Assembly (NCBI RefSeq): GCF_963921235.1
Contig: NC_086097.1
Coordinates: 182,840,001 to 182,904,000, forward strand
Direction: 5' to 3'
DNA: 64,000 nt
Source: Mobula hypostoma
Taxonomy: Eukaryota
Shown: positions 24,671 to 37,647 of the stretch, piece by piece
Position numbering within the stretch: position 1 is the stretch's first letter
Layout of the letters: the number at the start of each line of letters is the position of its first letter
Translations under genes and position numbers: made by a program
Notes under the pieces: generated by a model
Databases searched by the model: none
Seen by the model: only the letters and a program-made list of their open reading frames with translations
What the model was told of the DNA's origin: nothing

Positions 24671-25519
24671 TGACCCATGGAGACCGTGGGCTTGCATACA
24701 CGTGTCCCCAGATCTGACCCATGGAGAGTGAGGGCTTGCATACACGTGTCCCCAGATCTGACACATGGAGAGCGCAGGCTTGCATACACGTGTCCCCAGA
24801 TCTGACACATGGAGAGCGCAGGCTTGCATACACGTGTCCCCAGATCTGACCCATGGAGAGCGCAGGCTTGCATACACGTGTCCCCAGATCTGACACATGG
24901 AGAGCGCAGGCTTGCATACACGTGTCCCCAGATCTGACCCATGGAGAGCGCGGGCTTGCATACACGTGTCGTCAGATCTGACCCAGAGAGCGCGGGCTTG
25001 CATACATACGTCCCCAGATCTGACCCATGGAGAGTGAGGGCTTGCATACACGTGTCCCCAGATCTGACCCATGGAGAGTGAGGGCTTGCATACACGTGTC
25101 CCCAGACCTGACACATGGAGAGCGCAGGCTTGCATACACGTGTCCCCAGATCTGACACATGGAGAGTGAGGGCTTGCATACACGTGTCCCCAGATCTGAC
25201 ACATGGAGAGTGAGGGCTTGCATACACCTGTCCCCAGATCTGACCCATGGAGAGCGCAGGCTTGCATACACATGTCCCCAGATCTGACACATGGAGAGTG
25301 AGGGCTTGCATACACGTGTCCCCAGATCTGACCCATGGAGAGTGAGGGCTTGCATACACCTGTCCCCAGATCTGACCCATGGAGAGCGCAGGCTTGCATA
25401 CACATGTCCCCAGATCTGACACATGGAGAGTGAGGGCTTGCATACACATGTCCCCAGATCTGACACATGGAGAGTGAGGGCTTGCATACACCTGTCCCCA
25501 GATCTGACCCATGGAGAGC
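24671..25519. repeat. Minisatellite, 44-bp unit, about 19 copies
   Basis: Unit tgacccatggagagtgagggcttgcatacacgtgtccccagatc. Confidence 0.96.
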
Positions 25520-26484
25520 TCATTCAGCCCTAAAGCTCAGCCTGGTAAAACTGCCAATATCTCCCTCCCCCCCTCCTGCCCTCTCATCTCTCATCCTCCC
25601 CACTCGCCCTCCCCTACTCCACCACTTCCTCTCTTTCCCTTCCCTCTCTCCCCTGCCCACTCTTCCCTCCTTCTCCTTCCTTCCCCTCCTCTCCATCCCT
25701 CATCACCTTCCCCATCCTCATTCCCTATCCCTCTCCCAACACACCGCTACCCTTCCCCCTCACATCACCGGAGCTATGGTTCCCTCCCTCCATGTAACCT
25801 TGTTGCCCTGGTTCCCAGGATTCCTGTGGATTTGTGGAATTACCAAAAAATGTCTTATTGTTCTGTGAGACAGGAAACCAAGGTGTGTTGGGGTATTGAT
25901 GAAGGGCGGTAATTGCTCTGGTCTGCTCCGTCCCCAGCACAGGATGAGGTTGAGGCCACTCAGGGCCTTGAACTCGTCACCTTGTGTCCCTCCTCTCCTC
26001 TCCTCTTTCCAGAGCAGAGATATCTCTGCTCTAATATACAGCAAGGGGATTTGTGCACCCAGAACCATGAGCAGAGGCCGTGATTCCACTCCGCTCGACA
26101 GGAGGGGGTGGGAGAGAATGCAGATTCCAGGTGCTGAGTCAATGTGGAGAAGGTGTTGCTGGCTTCCAGTGAGGCCCTGCGGTACACCCCTCACCCCTGA
26201 CCCAACCACACCCTTGCCCCCAGACCCCACCCCCCAGCTCAGCCACAGCCCTCACCTTCTGGAGCCACTGCTGTCCCTGGTGAACGCCCTCACACCGTGC
26301 TGTCAGGGTGGGAGTGCCTGGGTTTCAACACAGTGCAGGTGAAGGAACCGAAGTGAGTTCCGAGTCAGGAGGGTGGTTTTCCTGCACGCCTGCACCTGCC
26401 CTTGCTGGTACTGTGGGAGCTGGGTTTGGGGTACCCTCAGTAGGCTGCTCCTGAGAAAGCTGGTGATGTGGTACCTCCCCACAG

Positions 26485-26721
26485 ATTGCCGCTCCCCGTG
26501 TGGAGTGAGACAGTTCCAGTGTGGGACAGGCCACTGCATCGACTACACTCGGAAATGCGATGGGCACAATGACTGTGGAGACTTCAGCGATGAGAGTGGG
26601 TGTGTGTGTGGAACAGGACAGCTACAGTGTCCAGATGGGAGGTGCCTGCAGAAGGAGCAGCTGTGTGACAGGACTGAGGACTGCGATCGAGGGCTGGACG
26701 AGCTGATGTGTCCTTCAACGG
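26485..26721 (+). CDS. SSPO: SSPO exon 11 (two LDLa)
   Basis: cacag|at..g|gtacgt; CGVRQFQCGTGHCIDYTRKCDGHNDCGDFSDESGC... Confidence 0.92.
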
Positions 26722-28122
26722 GTACGTACTGACTCCGGGCTCAGCAGTTCCACAGCATGTCTGGCTGTTCATACTGACCACTGCCCTGCACCCCCCAGTC
26801 CACAGCTCTCAGTGATGCTGTGGACTGACAAATGAGTGTGGCAAATCACTGTCGACACTCAGCAGGTTATTCAGATGCTGTGCTGGTCAACTCTGGCCTG
26901 GAGGGTGGCTTTGAATATTACTGAGTGGAGTGCTGGGAGTGGATAATGCCCAGTGAGGGTGTGACAGGGCTGGCTTTGCTCACTCAGCGGGTGTCAAATC
27001 AATGCTGGTGTACCGGTGTAAGGTAAACCGGACAATGAGAATTTGTATCCATTCAACACATTCGTAGATTCATCTCTCAGAGGTGTTAGTACAGGCAGTG
27101 CACAGTGTACTGTGTACACTGTGAGTACAGGCAGTATGTGGCAATGCAGTGTGTGTGCTGTGTATATGGAGAGTACGCATGATTTAGTGTGTATACAGTG
27201 TATATGTATGGATGCATGATACAGTGTGTGTGCTGTGTATATGGAGAGTACACATGGTACAGTGTGTATGTATGGACATGTATTTGGGCGGATGGCATAC
27301 GGGTTGCAGTACATGGAGTACAGTGAGGTCTGTCTTCTTTGGGCATATCTCAGGCATCCTGCAGATTTTGCTTTGCAGTTAATGTTCATGACACTTGGCT
27401 CATATTGAATACCTCACAGGTTAGAGTCCAGACTGAATCCAAATGATATTTGTTCAGACTGTTCCCATTCCCTGCTTAGGATCCATGTCCCTTTTTGCCA
27501 TGGCTATTCACAGACATTCCCAGGTCCAGGGTCAGTGTGACTGGGGTCTCTCCTTCCCCCAGTCCCTCGACCAGTGAGGTCCTAACCCCATCTCCACTCC
27601 CTTCCTATCCAAGACCCTGTCCAAGGCCTTTGAAATGTTGTCATTGCTTCTCCCTCCACCACCTCCTCTGGCAACTCATTCCAAATAACACTTAACAGTC
27701 ATGTTTTACCTCTAAATGAGTGCCCTCTCATCATAAACTGTTTCCTCTCATTCTAGTCTCCCCTGGGCAAAACAAAAACATTACTATCTATCCTACCTAT
27801 GTGCTCCTAAATTTATAAACCTCTGTCATGCCACTGTGGTGAGAACAAACGCAGCCTGCCCACCTCCTTATTACCTCAGCTCTCCGTCTCACACAGTGTC
27901 CTGGTGATGCACTGCAGCACATTCTTCCTATAATGAAGTGATCAGAACTGTACACAATCTCCAAGTGTGCTCCAACGATTTGTAAAGCTGTAACATGATG
28001 TTCCAACTCTTATACGCAGTGCCTCAGCCTATGAAGAAATCTTTCTTTCTCCTGTGGTCCACCCTCCTCTCGTATCAGTTTCCATTATCTTCAGTCCTTT
28101 ACCTTTCCCACCCAGTCCACTT

Positions 28123-29413
28123 CATAGAAACATAGAAACATAGAAAATAGGTGTCGGAGTAGGCCATTCGGCCCTTCGAGCCTGCACCGCCATTTATTAT
28201 GATCATGGCTGATCATCCAACTCAGAACCCGCCCCAGCCTTCCCTCCATACCCCCTGATTCCCGTAGCCACAAGGGCCATATCTAATTCCCTCTTAAATA
28301 TAGCCAATGAACTGGCCTCAACTGTTTCCTGTGGCAGAGAATTCCACAGATTCACCACTCTCTGTGTGAAGAAGTTTTTCCTAATCTCGGTCCTAAAAGG
28401 CTTCCCCTTTATCCTCAAGCTGTGACCCCTCGTTCTGGACTTCCCCAACATCGGGAACAATCTTCCTGCATCTAGCCTGTCCAATCCCTTTAGGATTTTA
28501 TACGTTTCAATCAGATCCCCCCTCAATCTTCTAAATTCCAATGAGTACAAGCCCAGTTCATCCAGTCTTTCTTCATATGAAAGTCCTGCCATCCCAGGAA
28601 TCAATCTGGTGAACCTTCTTTGTACTCCCTCTATGGCAAGGATGTCTTTCCTCAGATTAGGGGACCAAAACTGCACACAATACTCCAGGTGTGGTCTCAC
28701 CAAGGCCTTGTACAACTGCAGTAGTACCTCCCTGCTCCTGTACTCGAATCCTCTCGCTATAAATGCCAGCATACCATTCGCCTTTTTCACCGCCTGCTGT
28801 ACCCCCATGCCCACTTTCAATGACTGGTGTATAATGACACCCAGGTCTCGTTGCACCTCCCCTTTTCCTAATCGGCCACCATTCAGATAATAATCTGTTT
28901 TCCTATTTTTGCCACCAAAGTGGATAACTTCACATTTATCCACATTAAATTGCATCTGCCATGAATTTGCCCACTCACCCAACCTATCCAAGTCACTCTG
29001 CATCCTCTTAGCATCCTCCTCACAGCTAACACTGCCACCCAGCTTCGTGTCATCCGCAAACTTGGAGATGCTGCATTTAATTCCCTCATCCAAGTCATTA
29101 ATATATATTTTAAACAACTGGGGTCCCAGCACTGAGCCTTGCAGTACCCCACTAGTCACTGCCTGCCATTCTGAAAAGGTCCTGTTTATTCCCACTCTTT
29201 GCTTCCTGTCTGCTAACCAATTCTCCACCCACATCAATACCTTACCCCCAATACCGTGTGCTTTAAGTTTGCACACTAATCTCCTGTGTGGGACCTTGTC
29301 AAAAGCCTTTTGAAAATCCAAATATACCACATCCACTGGTTCTCCCCTATCCACTCTACTGGTTACATCCTCAAAAAATTCTATGAGATTCGTCAGACAT
29401 GATTTTCCTTTCA
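28123..29413 (-). mobile_element. Young 5'-truncated CR1 LINE (open 403-aa RT C-terminal part) inserted in a Penelope fragment
   Basis: DFQKAFDKVPH, QGSVLGP, KFADDTK; (catagaaa)3 tail at 28123-28146; Penelope-type sequence resumes at 29414-29620. Confidence 0.92.
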
Positions 29414-29485
29414 TCTATCACCTTCTAGCTATACTTCTCCTCCTCCCCCAACCTTCTTATTCTGGCATCTTCCCCCTTCCTTTCT

Positions 29486-29521
29486 GGTCCTGAAGAGGGG
29501 TTTCGACCTGAAATGTTGACT
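29486..29521 (+). ncRNA. Hammerhead-like motif in a Penelope fragment
   Basis: ggtc-CTGAAGA-ggggtttcgacct-GAAAT-GTT-gact. Confidence 0.5.
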
Positions 29522-30961
29522 ATTTGTTCATTTCCTTAGATGCTGCCTGACCTGCTGAGTTCCTCCAGCATTTTGCGTATGTTGCTTTGGACTTCAGCAT
29601 CTGCATAATTTCTTGTGCTTAAGAAAGCTTCTTCACCAGCCTATCCAACTGTGGGAGGCTGGAGAAGAAATTGTGGGAGCCCTGGCTGAGGCAGATGTAT
29701 CATCACTTGCCATGAGTGAGGAGCTGGCAGACTTAGCCGTAGTGAAGGCCTTAAGGTCTTTATTTAAGAAAGTCTGCAGAGAAAAACCTGGGAACTATAG
29801 ACCTTGTAAGCCCAATATCTGTGCTTAGTAAGTTTCTGGAGAGGATTCTGAAGGAGTAGATATATGTGTATCTGAAGCGACAAGGCATGATTAGGGATAA
29901 TCAGCATGGCTTTGTGTGTGGGATATCATATTTACAAGCCTGATTGAGTTCTTTGCTAATGCATCCAAGACAAACGATGAGGGCAAGTTGGTAGACATGG
30001 TTTATTTGGATCTCCATTAGGCCTTTGATAAAGTTCCACATGGCTGCTTTGGAAAGTCAAATTGCAAGGGAACCAGGGAGAGTTAGCTGATGGAATAATT
30101 AGAACTAGACGGCATGGGTATTGGGTGGGAGGAGAGAGATGTATTTGGAACCTAAGGGGCAACTCTTTCGTCCAGAAGATGGTCAGTGAGCTGCCTGAGG
30201 CAAGGTACATGAACAGCACATAATGGAAACCTGGACAGGTACATGGATAGGAAAGGTTCAAAGAGATGGGGGCCAAATGTGGACAAATGTGAGTGGAATG
30301 ACAGCTGGCATGAATGTGTTGGGCTGAATGGCCTGTTGTATGGGTACATTTCTGGTCACTACATTGCAGGAGGATGGTGACTGCAGTGGAGAGGGGCAGT
30401 GGTTCATCTGGAATGGGAACCTGTAGCTGGGGGAAAGACTGGAGAGGCGGAGTTTGTTTCCTCTGGAACAGAGGAGACAGAGGGGTGAAAGGGCACAGAG
30501 GTTTAAAATGGTCAGTGGAGGGGAGATGTACCCCCAGAGGGAGGTGGCTCTGGTCCTTACTGTATGTGGTGGGATGGGAGACACAGAGACCCCCCATCAC
30601 ACTGACCCTGAACGGCAGAAACATGGACCCGTGGGGATGCTTGGGGGTTGTGCTGAAACTAGGAAGCTCTGTTTGGACTGACACATGCAGCATGGGTGAA
30701 TGGCCTATTTCTTTGTGCACTCACCATGACTTTACAGGGAAGGAATGGAGGGTTATGGGCTGAGTGCAGGTCGGTGGGACTAGGTGAGAGTAAGAGCTCA
30801 GCACGGACTAGAAGGGCAGAGATGGCCTGTTTCCGTGCTGTAATTGTTATATGGTTATAAAAGCACCTTGGGTTCGGTGTGTACTCTGAACCGCCAGCGT
30901 GTGGTTGGGCACTTTGATCTCCGCAGCGCGGTGCGTGAAGTTTCCTGATCTATCTCCCTAG

Positions 30962-31204
30962 CTGCACCGCCAGCGTGCCGCCATTATGAGTTCCAGTGTG
31001 AGAGTGGCGAGTGCACGCCACGGGGCTGGGTGTGTGACCGTGAGCTGGACTGTGCTGATGGAAGTGATGAGGAGCACTGCAACAGGACGTGTGGGGTGGG
31101 TGACTTCCAGTGTGCAGACAACAGTCGATGCATCCAACACCAGCAACTGTGTGATGGTGCCCCGCACTGTGCAGATCGCTCGGATGAAGACACAGACATC
31201 TGTG
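30962..31204 (+). CDS. SSPO: SSPO exon 12 (two LDLa)
   Basis: cctag|ct..g|gtgagt; CRHYEFQCESGECTPRGWVCDRELDCADGSDEEHC... Confidence 0.92.
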
Positions 31205-31321
31205 GTGAGTAACGACAGTGGTTTTCCTTTTAGCGTGTCACACCAGACAGCTATTCTCGTCTGGCGCGTGGTGTCAGGATTGGTCTCCTTTCGGATTAAC
31301 CGGGTCATGATATGAACGTTC

Positions 31322-31472
31322 CTAACTCGACCCTTGTTTTTTATGAGGTCGAGTGGCTAGCTCGACACTCAACCCGGCACGGATGGAAAGCGTGCTCGGG
31401 GGGTGGCCCGACTTAGATTCGAAATCGGGAGCCTTCGCTCCGGAGTCTGGCACTGATGCCATTGCGCCGCCA
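31322..31472 (-). mobile_element. tRNA-derived SINE
   Basis: Minus strand ggcgcaatgg (A box) ... gatttcgaatc (B box) followed by a non-tRNA body with a gtcgag/ctcgac hairpin. Confidence 0.55.
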
Positions 31473-32809
31473 GCCGACCTACAACGGTGGTGAGAGGAAG
31501 AGAGGTGGGAGAGCACCTGCTCACTTTCTACCTCACCCCCTCCTTCAGAGTCAGTGTCGAGCACATTGCCATCTGCACAAATACGTGTATGTACAGGTGC
31601 AACGAAAGCTTACCTGCAGCAGTGCGGCAGGCACATGGCATTATTTAAGCAGTAAAGAAAGACAGAAACATAAATTATACACATTTTTTACACAATTACA
31701 ATAGAATAAAACAAAGTCTATTTTAGTACAAAATTATCAAAGTGGTCGTCACGTCGAGTTCTTTCACTGTTTAATCCACTCCTAGATCAATTTAACCCTT
31801 TCCTTCCACAGAGTGCATCATTTTGCTTCCCCAAAGTAACTGTCTCTACCACCACCCCTAGTAGTGTGTTCCACGGACCCACTACTCTGTGGGGGGCGGG
31901 GGGGGGGGGGCGGGAGGAATTCCTCTGACATCTACCATAAACTTTCCTTCACTACTGCCCTGGGAAAAATCACTAGCTGTCCAATCTATCCATCCCCCTT
32001 ATCATTTTGCACACCTCTTATCAAATCACCTCTAATCCTCCTTCACTCTAAAGAGAGAAGTCCTAGCTCGCTTAACCTATTCTCATAAGAGAAGTTCTCT
32101 TATCCAGGCAGCATCTCAGTAAATCTCTGCACCCTCTCTAAAGATTCCACATCCTTCCTGTAATAAGGAGAACAGAACAGAACACATTACTCCACGTGCA
32201 GTTTAACCAGAGCTCTATAGATAGATGGCTAGATAGCTATAGTGCTGCAATATTACTTCGCGGTTCTTGAACTCAGTCCCTTGACTGATGAAGGTCCCTG
32301 TGGAACATCACTGGTCACTGACCTCCGGGCAGAATACACTCCCTCTATTCCCACCCTTTGCCTTCTGAATCTACACACCCAAGTTTTACTGGATCCTGTG
32401 CTCCTTGACCTTCTGAGTGAGCCTACCACTGGGAACCTTGTCTAAACTCCATATAGATAGATAGATATACTTTATTGATCCCGAGGGAAATTGGGTTTCG
32501 TTACAGCTGCACCAACCAAGAATAGAGCATAAGTATAGCAATACAAAAATCACAAACAATCAAACAACAAAATATACACTACACCCACTGCTCTACTTCA
32601 TCAACTTGTTTTGTTCTTCAAAGAATTCAATCAGACTCGTGAGGCATGATTGGACCCTCACAAAGCCATACTGACTATCCCCAATCAGGCTATGCTTCTC
32701 CAAATACTTGTAAATCCTGTCTCTAAAAATCCGCACTAAAAGTTTAAATCACCACTGATAGGAGACTTACTGGTCTATAATTCCCAGGGTTATCCCTATC
32801 AACTTTCTT

Positions 32810-35330
32810 AGAACACAGAACATAGAATAGTACAGCACAGTACAGGCCCTTTGGCCCACAATGTTGTGCCGACCCTCAAACCCTGCCTCCCATATAAGCC
32901 CCCACCTTAGATTCCTCCATATGCCTGTCTAGTAGTCTCTTAAACTTCACGACTGTATCTGCCTCCACCACTGACTCAGGCAATGCATTCCATGCACCAA
33001 CCACTCTCTGAGTAAAAAACCTTCCTCTAATATCCCCCTTGAACTTCCCACCCCTTACCTTAAAGCCATGTCCTCTTGTATTGAGCAGTGGTGCCCTAGG
33101 GAAGAGACGCTGGCTATCCACTCTATCTATTCCTCTTATTATCTCGTACACCTCTATCATGTCTCCTCTCATCCTCCTTCTCTCCAAAGAGTAAAGCCCT
33201 AGCTCCCTTAATCTCTGATCATGATGCATACTTTCTAAACCAGGCAGCATCCTGGTAAATCTCCTCTGTACCCTTTCCAATGCTTCCACATCCTTCCTGT
33301 AGTGAGGTGACCAGAAATGGATGCAGTACTCCAAGTGTGGCCTAACCAGGGTTTTATAGAGCTGGATCATTACATTGCGACTCTTCAACTCTATCCCTGG
33401 ACTAACACCCCATAAGCTTTCTTAACTACCCTATCCACCTGTGAGGCAACTTTCAGGGATCTGTGGACATGTACCCCGAGATCCCTCTGCTCCTCCACAC
33501 TACCAAGTATCCTGCTATTTACTTTGTACTCTGCCTTGGAGTTTGTCCTTCCAAAGTGTACCACCTCACAGTTCTCCGGGTTGAACTCCATCTGCCACTT
33601 CTCAGCCCACTTCTGCATCCTATCAATGTCCCCTGCAATCTTTGACAATCCTCCACACTATCTACAACACCACCAACCTTTGTGTCGTCTGCAAACTTGC
33701 CAACCCACCCTTCTACCCCCACATCCAGGTCGTTAATAAAAATCACGAAAAGTAGAGGTCCCAGAACAGATCCTTGTGGGGCACCACTAGTCACAATCCT
33801 CCAATCTGAATGTACTCCCTCCACCACCACCTTCTGCCTTCTGCAGGCGTGCCAATTCTGAATCCACCTGGCCAAACTTCCCTGGATCCCATGCCTTCTA
33901 ACTTTCTGAATAAGCCTACCGTGTGGAACCTTGTCAAATGCCTTACTAAAATCCATATAGATCACGTCCACTGCACTACCCTCATCTATATGCCTGGTCA
34001 CCTCCTCAAAGAACTCTATCAGGCTTGTTAGACACGATCTGCCCTTCACAAAGCCAGGCTGACTGTCCCTGATCAGACCATGACTCTCTAAATGCCTATA
34101 GATCCTATCTCTAAGAATCTTTTCCAACAGCTTTCCCACCACAGACATAAGGCTCACTGGTCTATAATTACCCGGACTATCCCTACTACCTTTTTTGAAC
34201 AAGGGAACAACATTCGCCTCCCTCCAATCCTCCGGTACCATTCCCATGGACAACAAGGACATAAAGATCCTATCCAGAGGCTCAGCAATCTCTTCTCTCG
34301 CCTCGTGGAGCAGCCTGGGGAATATTCCGTCAGGCCCCGGGGACTTATCTGTCCTAATGTATTTTAACAACTCCAACACCTCCTCTCCCTTAATATCAAC
34401 ATGCTCCAGAACATCAACCTCACTCATATTGTCCTCACCATCATCAAGTTCCCTCTCATTGGTGAATACCGAAGAGAAGTATTCATTGAGGACCTCGCTC
34501 ACTTCCACAGCCTCCAGGCACATCTTCCCACCTTTATCTCTAATCAGTCCTACCTTCACTCCTGTCATCCTTTTTTTCTTCACATAATTGAAGAATGCCT
34601 TGGGGTTTTCCTTTACCCTACTCGCCAAGGCCTTCTCATGCCCCCTTCTTGCTCTTCTCAGCCCCTTCTTAAGCTCCTTTCTTGCTTCCTTATGTTCCTC
34701 AATAGACCCATCTGATCCTTACTTCCTAAACCTCATGTATGCTGCCTTCTTCCACCTGACTAGATTTTCCACCTCACTTGTCACCCATGGTTCCTTCACC
34801 CTACCATTCTTTATCTTCCTCACCGGGACAAATTTATCCCTTACATCCTGTAAGAGATCCCTAAACATCAACCACATGTCCATAGTACATTTCCCTGCGA
34901 AAACATCATCCCAATTCACACCCGCAAGTTCTAGCCTTATAGCCTCATAATTTGCCTTTCCCGAATTAAAAATTTTCCTGTCCTCTTTGATTCTGTCCTT
35001 TTCCATGATAATGCTAAAGGCCAGGGAGCGGTGGTCACTGTCCCCCAGATGCTCACCCACTGATAGATCTGTGACCTGACCCGGTTCATTACCTAGTACT
35101 GGATATAGTATGGCATTCCCCTGGTCGGCCTGTCAACATACTGTGACAGGAATCCGTCCTGGACACACTTAACAAACTCTGCCCCATCTAGACCTTTGGA
35201 ACTAATCAGGTGCCAATTAATATTAGGGAAGTTAAAGTCACCCATGATAACAACCCTGTTATTTTTGCACCTTTCCAATATCTGCCTCCCAATCTGCTCC
35301 TCTGTATCTCTGCTGCTACCAGGGGACCTA
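32810..35330 (-). mobile_element. CR1 LINE ORF2 (endonuclease-RT, few frameshifts), nested in older CR1 debris (31760-32810)
   Basis: ORFs 33519-34628, 32876-33388, 34719-35060; agaaca-type tail at 32810. Confidence 0.92.
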
Positions 35331-35737
35331 TTATTCTTGAACAAACAATAATATTTACAACCCTCCAATATGCTGCTACTATTCCTGTGGCCAGTGAGGG
35401 CACAAAGATCATCGTCAATGCCCCAGTAATCTCCTCCCTTCCTTCTCAGGAGTCCTGAATTTAGACCCAATGCTGAAGCTCACTTCATCTACCTGGGGAA
35501 AACCCACTCAGTCACAGGGAGAATGAACAAACTCCACAGTCACAGGGAGAATGAACAAACCCCACACAGTTGGCATTAGTTAGGATCAGACCTGGTCCCT
35601 GGAGCTGTGAAACAGGCTCTACCCACTGTGCCATATTCCCATCACCTTCCTGCTCGAAGGACGTGTCTGCTCATGCATAGACTCAGGGAGAATCCCTCCT
35701 GTCCTTTCTGCTTTAAGATGTGTCTGGTCATCCGTAG

Positions 35738-35860
35738 GCTCGGGGAGAATCCCGCCCTGTCCTGGCAGTTTCTCCTGCAGCAACAATGTGTGCATCGAGC
35801 AGAGCCGTGTCTGTAATGGGGTCCCCGACTGTCCACTGGCAGAGGAGGAGCTCAACTGTG
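35738..35860 (+). CDS. SSPO: SSPO exon 13 (one LDLa)
   Basis: cgtag|gc..g|gtaagc; SGRIPPCPGSFSCSNNVCIEQSRVCNGVPDCPLAEEELNC. Confidence 0.88.
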
Positions 35861-36123
35861 GTAAGCGAAGGACAACAGGGCAGCACCTCAAATGGAGAGA
35901 ACGGCTGCAAGTGAGGTGGGAGGGGACAGAGATTGGTAAGAGATGTTTTTGAAGTGGGTGGGGCAAGGATGGATCGTCCAAAGGGCAGGAATGGCTGGGT
36001 GGACCAGATTTGTGGGTGAGGGTGAGGGACAAGGATCTGTGATGTACTGGGGAGGCTGGGTGAGTCAGGGGTAGGAGCTTGAGCGACAGCTGTGTCTGAT
36101 GCCGTGTGTCTGTGCCTGAATAG

Positions 36124-36224
36124 AACTGGTAGGCCCCACGGCAATGCCTCCCAGTGGGAACGAGACATCGCCCGGGTGCCCGGAGTATCCCTGTTCCAAT
36201 GGGAAGTGCATCACCTTCATGCAG
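36124..36224 (+). CDS. SSPO: SSPO exon 14 (linker and first half of LDLa)
   Basis: aatag|aa..cag|gtaagt; LVGPTAMPPSGNETSPGCPEYPCSNGKCITFMQ; an in-frame AG 9 nt downstream (start 36133) is also possible. Confidence 0.82.
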
Positions 36225-36294
36225 GTAAGTGTTGGAGCTATGGACAGGAGAGATGATGGAATCTATCAGAGGGTGTGTACAGAGAGTGCCTAGC

Positions 36295-37647
36295 TGAGTG
36301 TTACCTGGTGTGTTTGGTGTAGGTGTGCACTGCTGGTGTGTTACTGAGTGTGTATGTGTGTATACTGGTGTGTTACTGAGAGTGTAGGTGTGTGTACTGG
36401 TGGTGTGTTACTGTGTGTTGGGGTGTGTACTGGTGGTGTGTTACTGAGTGTGTCGGGGTGTGTACTGTGGTGTGTTACTGAGTGTGTAGGTATGTATACT
36501 GGTGGTGTGGTACTGGTGGTGTATTACTGAGTGTGTAGGTGTGTGTACTGGTGTGTTACTGAGTGTGTAGGTGTGTGTACTGGTGGTGTGTTACTGAGAG
36601 TGTAGGTGTGTGTACTGGTGTGTTACTGAGAGTGTAGGTGTGTGTACTGGTCTGTTACTGAGTGTAGGTGTGTGTACTGGTGGTGTGGTACTGGTGGTGT
36701 GTTACTAAATGTGTAGGTGTGTGTACTGGTCTGTTACTGAGTGTAGGTGTGTGTACTGGTGGTGTGTTACTGAGTGTGTAGGTGTGTGTATACTGGTGTG
36801 TTACTGAGTGTAAGTGTGTGTACTGGTGGTGTGTTACTGAGTGTGTAGGTGTGTGTACTGGTGCTGTGTTACTGAGTGTGTAGGTGTGTGTAGTGGTGTG
36901 TTACTGAGTGTGTAGGTGTGTGTGCTGGTGGTGTGTTACTGAGTGTGTAGGTGTGTGTAGTGGTGCTGTGTTACTGAGTGTGTAGGTGTGTGTAGTGGTG
37001 TGTTACTGAGTGTGTAGGTGTGTGTGCTGGTGGTGTGTTACTGAGTGTGTAGGTGTGTGTACTGGTGGTGTGTTACTGAGTGTGTATGTGTGTGTACTGG
37101 TGTGTTACTGAGTGTGTATGTGTGTGTAGTGGTGTGTTACTGAGTGTGTAGGTGTGTGTACTGGTGGTGTGTTACTGTGTGTTGGGGTGTGTACTGGTGT
37201 GTTACTGAGTGTGTAGGTGTGTGTGCTGGTGGTGTGTTACTGAGTGTGTAGGTGTGTGTACTGGTGGTGTGTTACTGAGTGTGTAGGTGTGTGTACTGGT
37301 GGTGTGTTACTGAGTGTGTAGGTGTGTGTACTGTGGTGTGCTACTGAGTGTGTAGGTGTGTGTACTGTGGTGTGCTACTGAGTGTGTATGTGTGTGTACT
37401 GGTGGTGTGTTACTGAGTGTGTAGGTGTGTGTACTGGTGTGTTACTGAGTGTGTAGGTGTGTGTGCTGGTGGTGTGTTACTGAGTGTGTAGGTGTGTGTA
37501 CTGGTGTTGTGCTACTGAGTGTGTATGTGTGTGTACTGGTGTGTTACTGAGTGTGTAGGTGTGTGTACTGGTGTGTTACTGAGTGTGTAGGTGTGTGTAC
37601 TGGTGTGTGTTATTGAGTGTTACCTGGTGATTTTTCGATAGGTGTGC
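36295..37647. repeat. TG-rich minisatellite (about 31-35-bp unit, about 40 copies) filling intron 14
   Basis: Unit gtgttactgagtgtgtaggtgtgtgtactggtg(gt). Confidence 0.93.

Noticed and set aside
24508..25523. Long Cys/His-rich minus-strand ORFs; superficially CRISPR-like regular array
   Set aside because: Head-to-tail 44-bp minisatellite with no unique spacers and no cas genes, in vertebrate DNA
25896..26342. 148-aa ORF with a strong pyrimidine tract and AG at 26011-26012 as an extra exon
   Set aside because: In the phase-1 frame it reaches TGA after about 22 codons; exon 10 joins exon 11 directly and completes the LDLa motif
31380..31472. tRNA gene
   Set aside because: Only A/B-box-like motifs with no convincing cloverleaf; better explained as a SINE head
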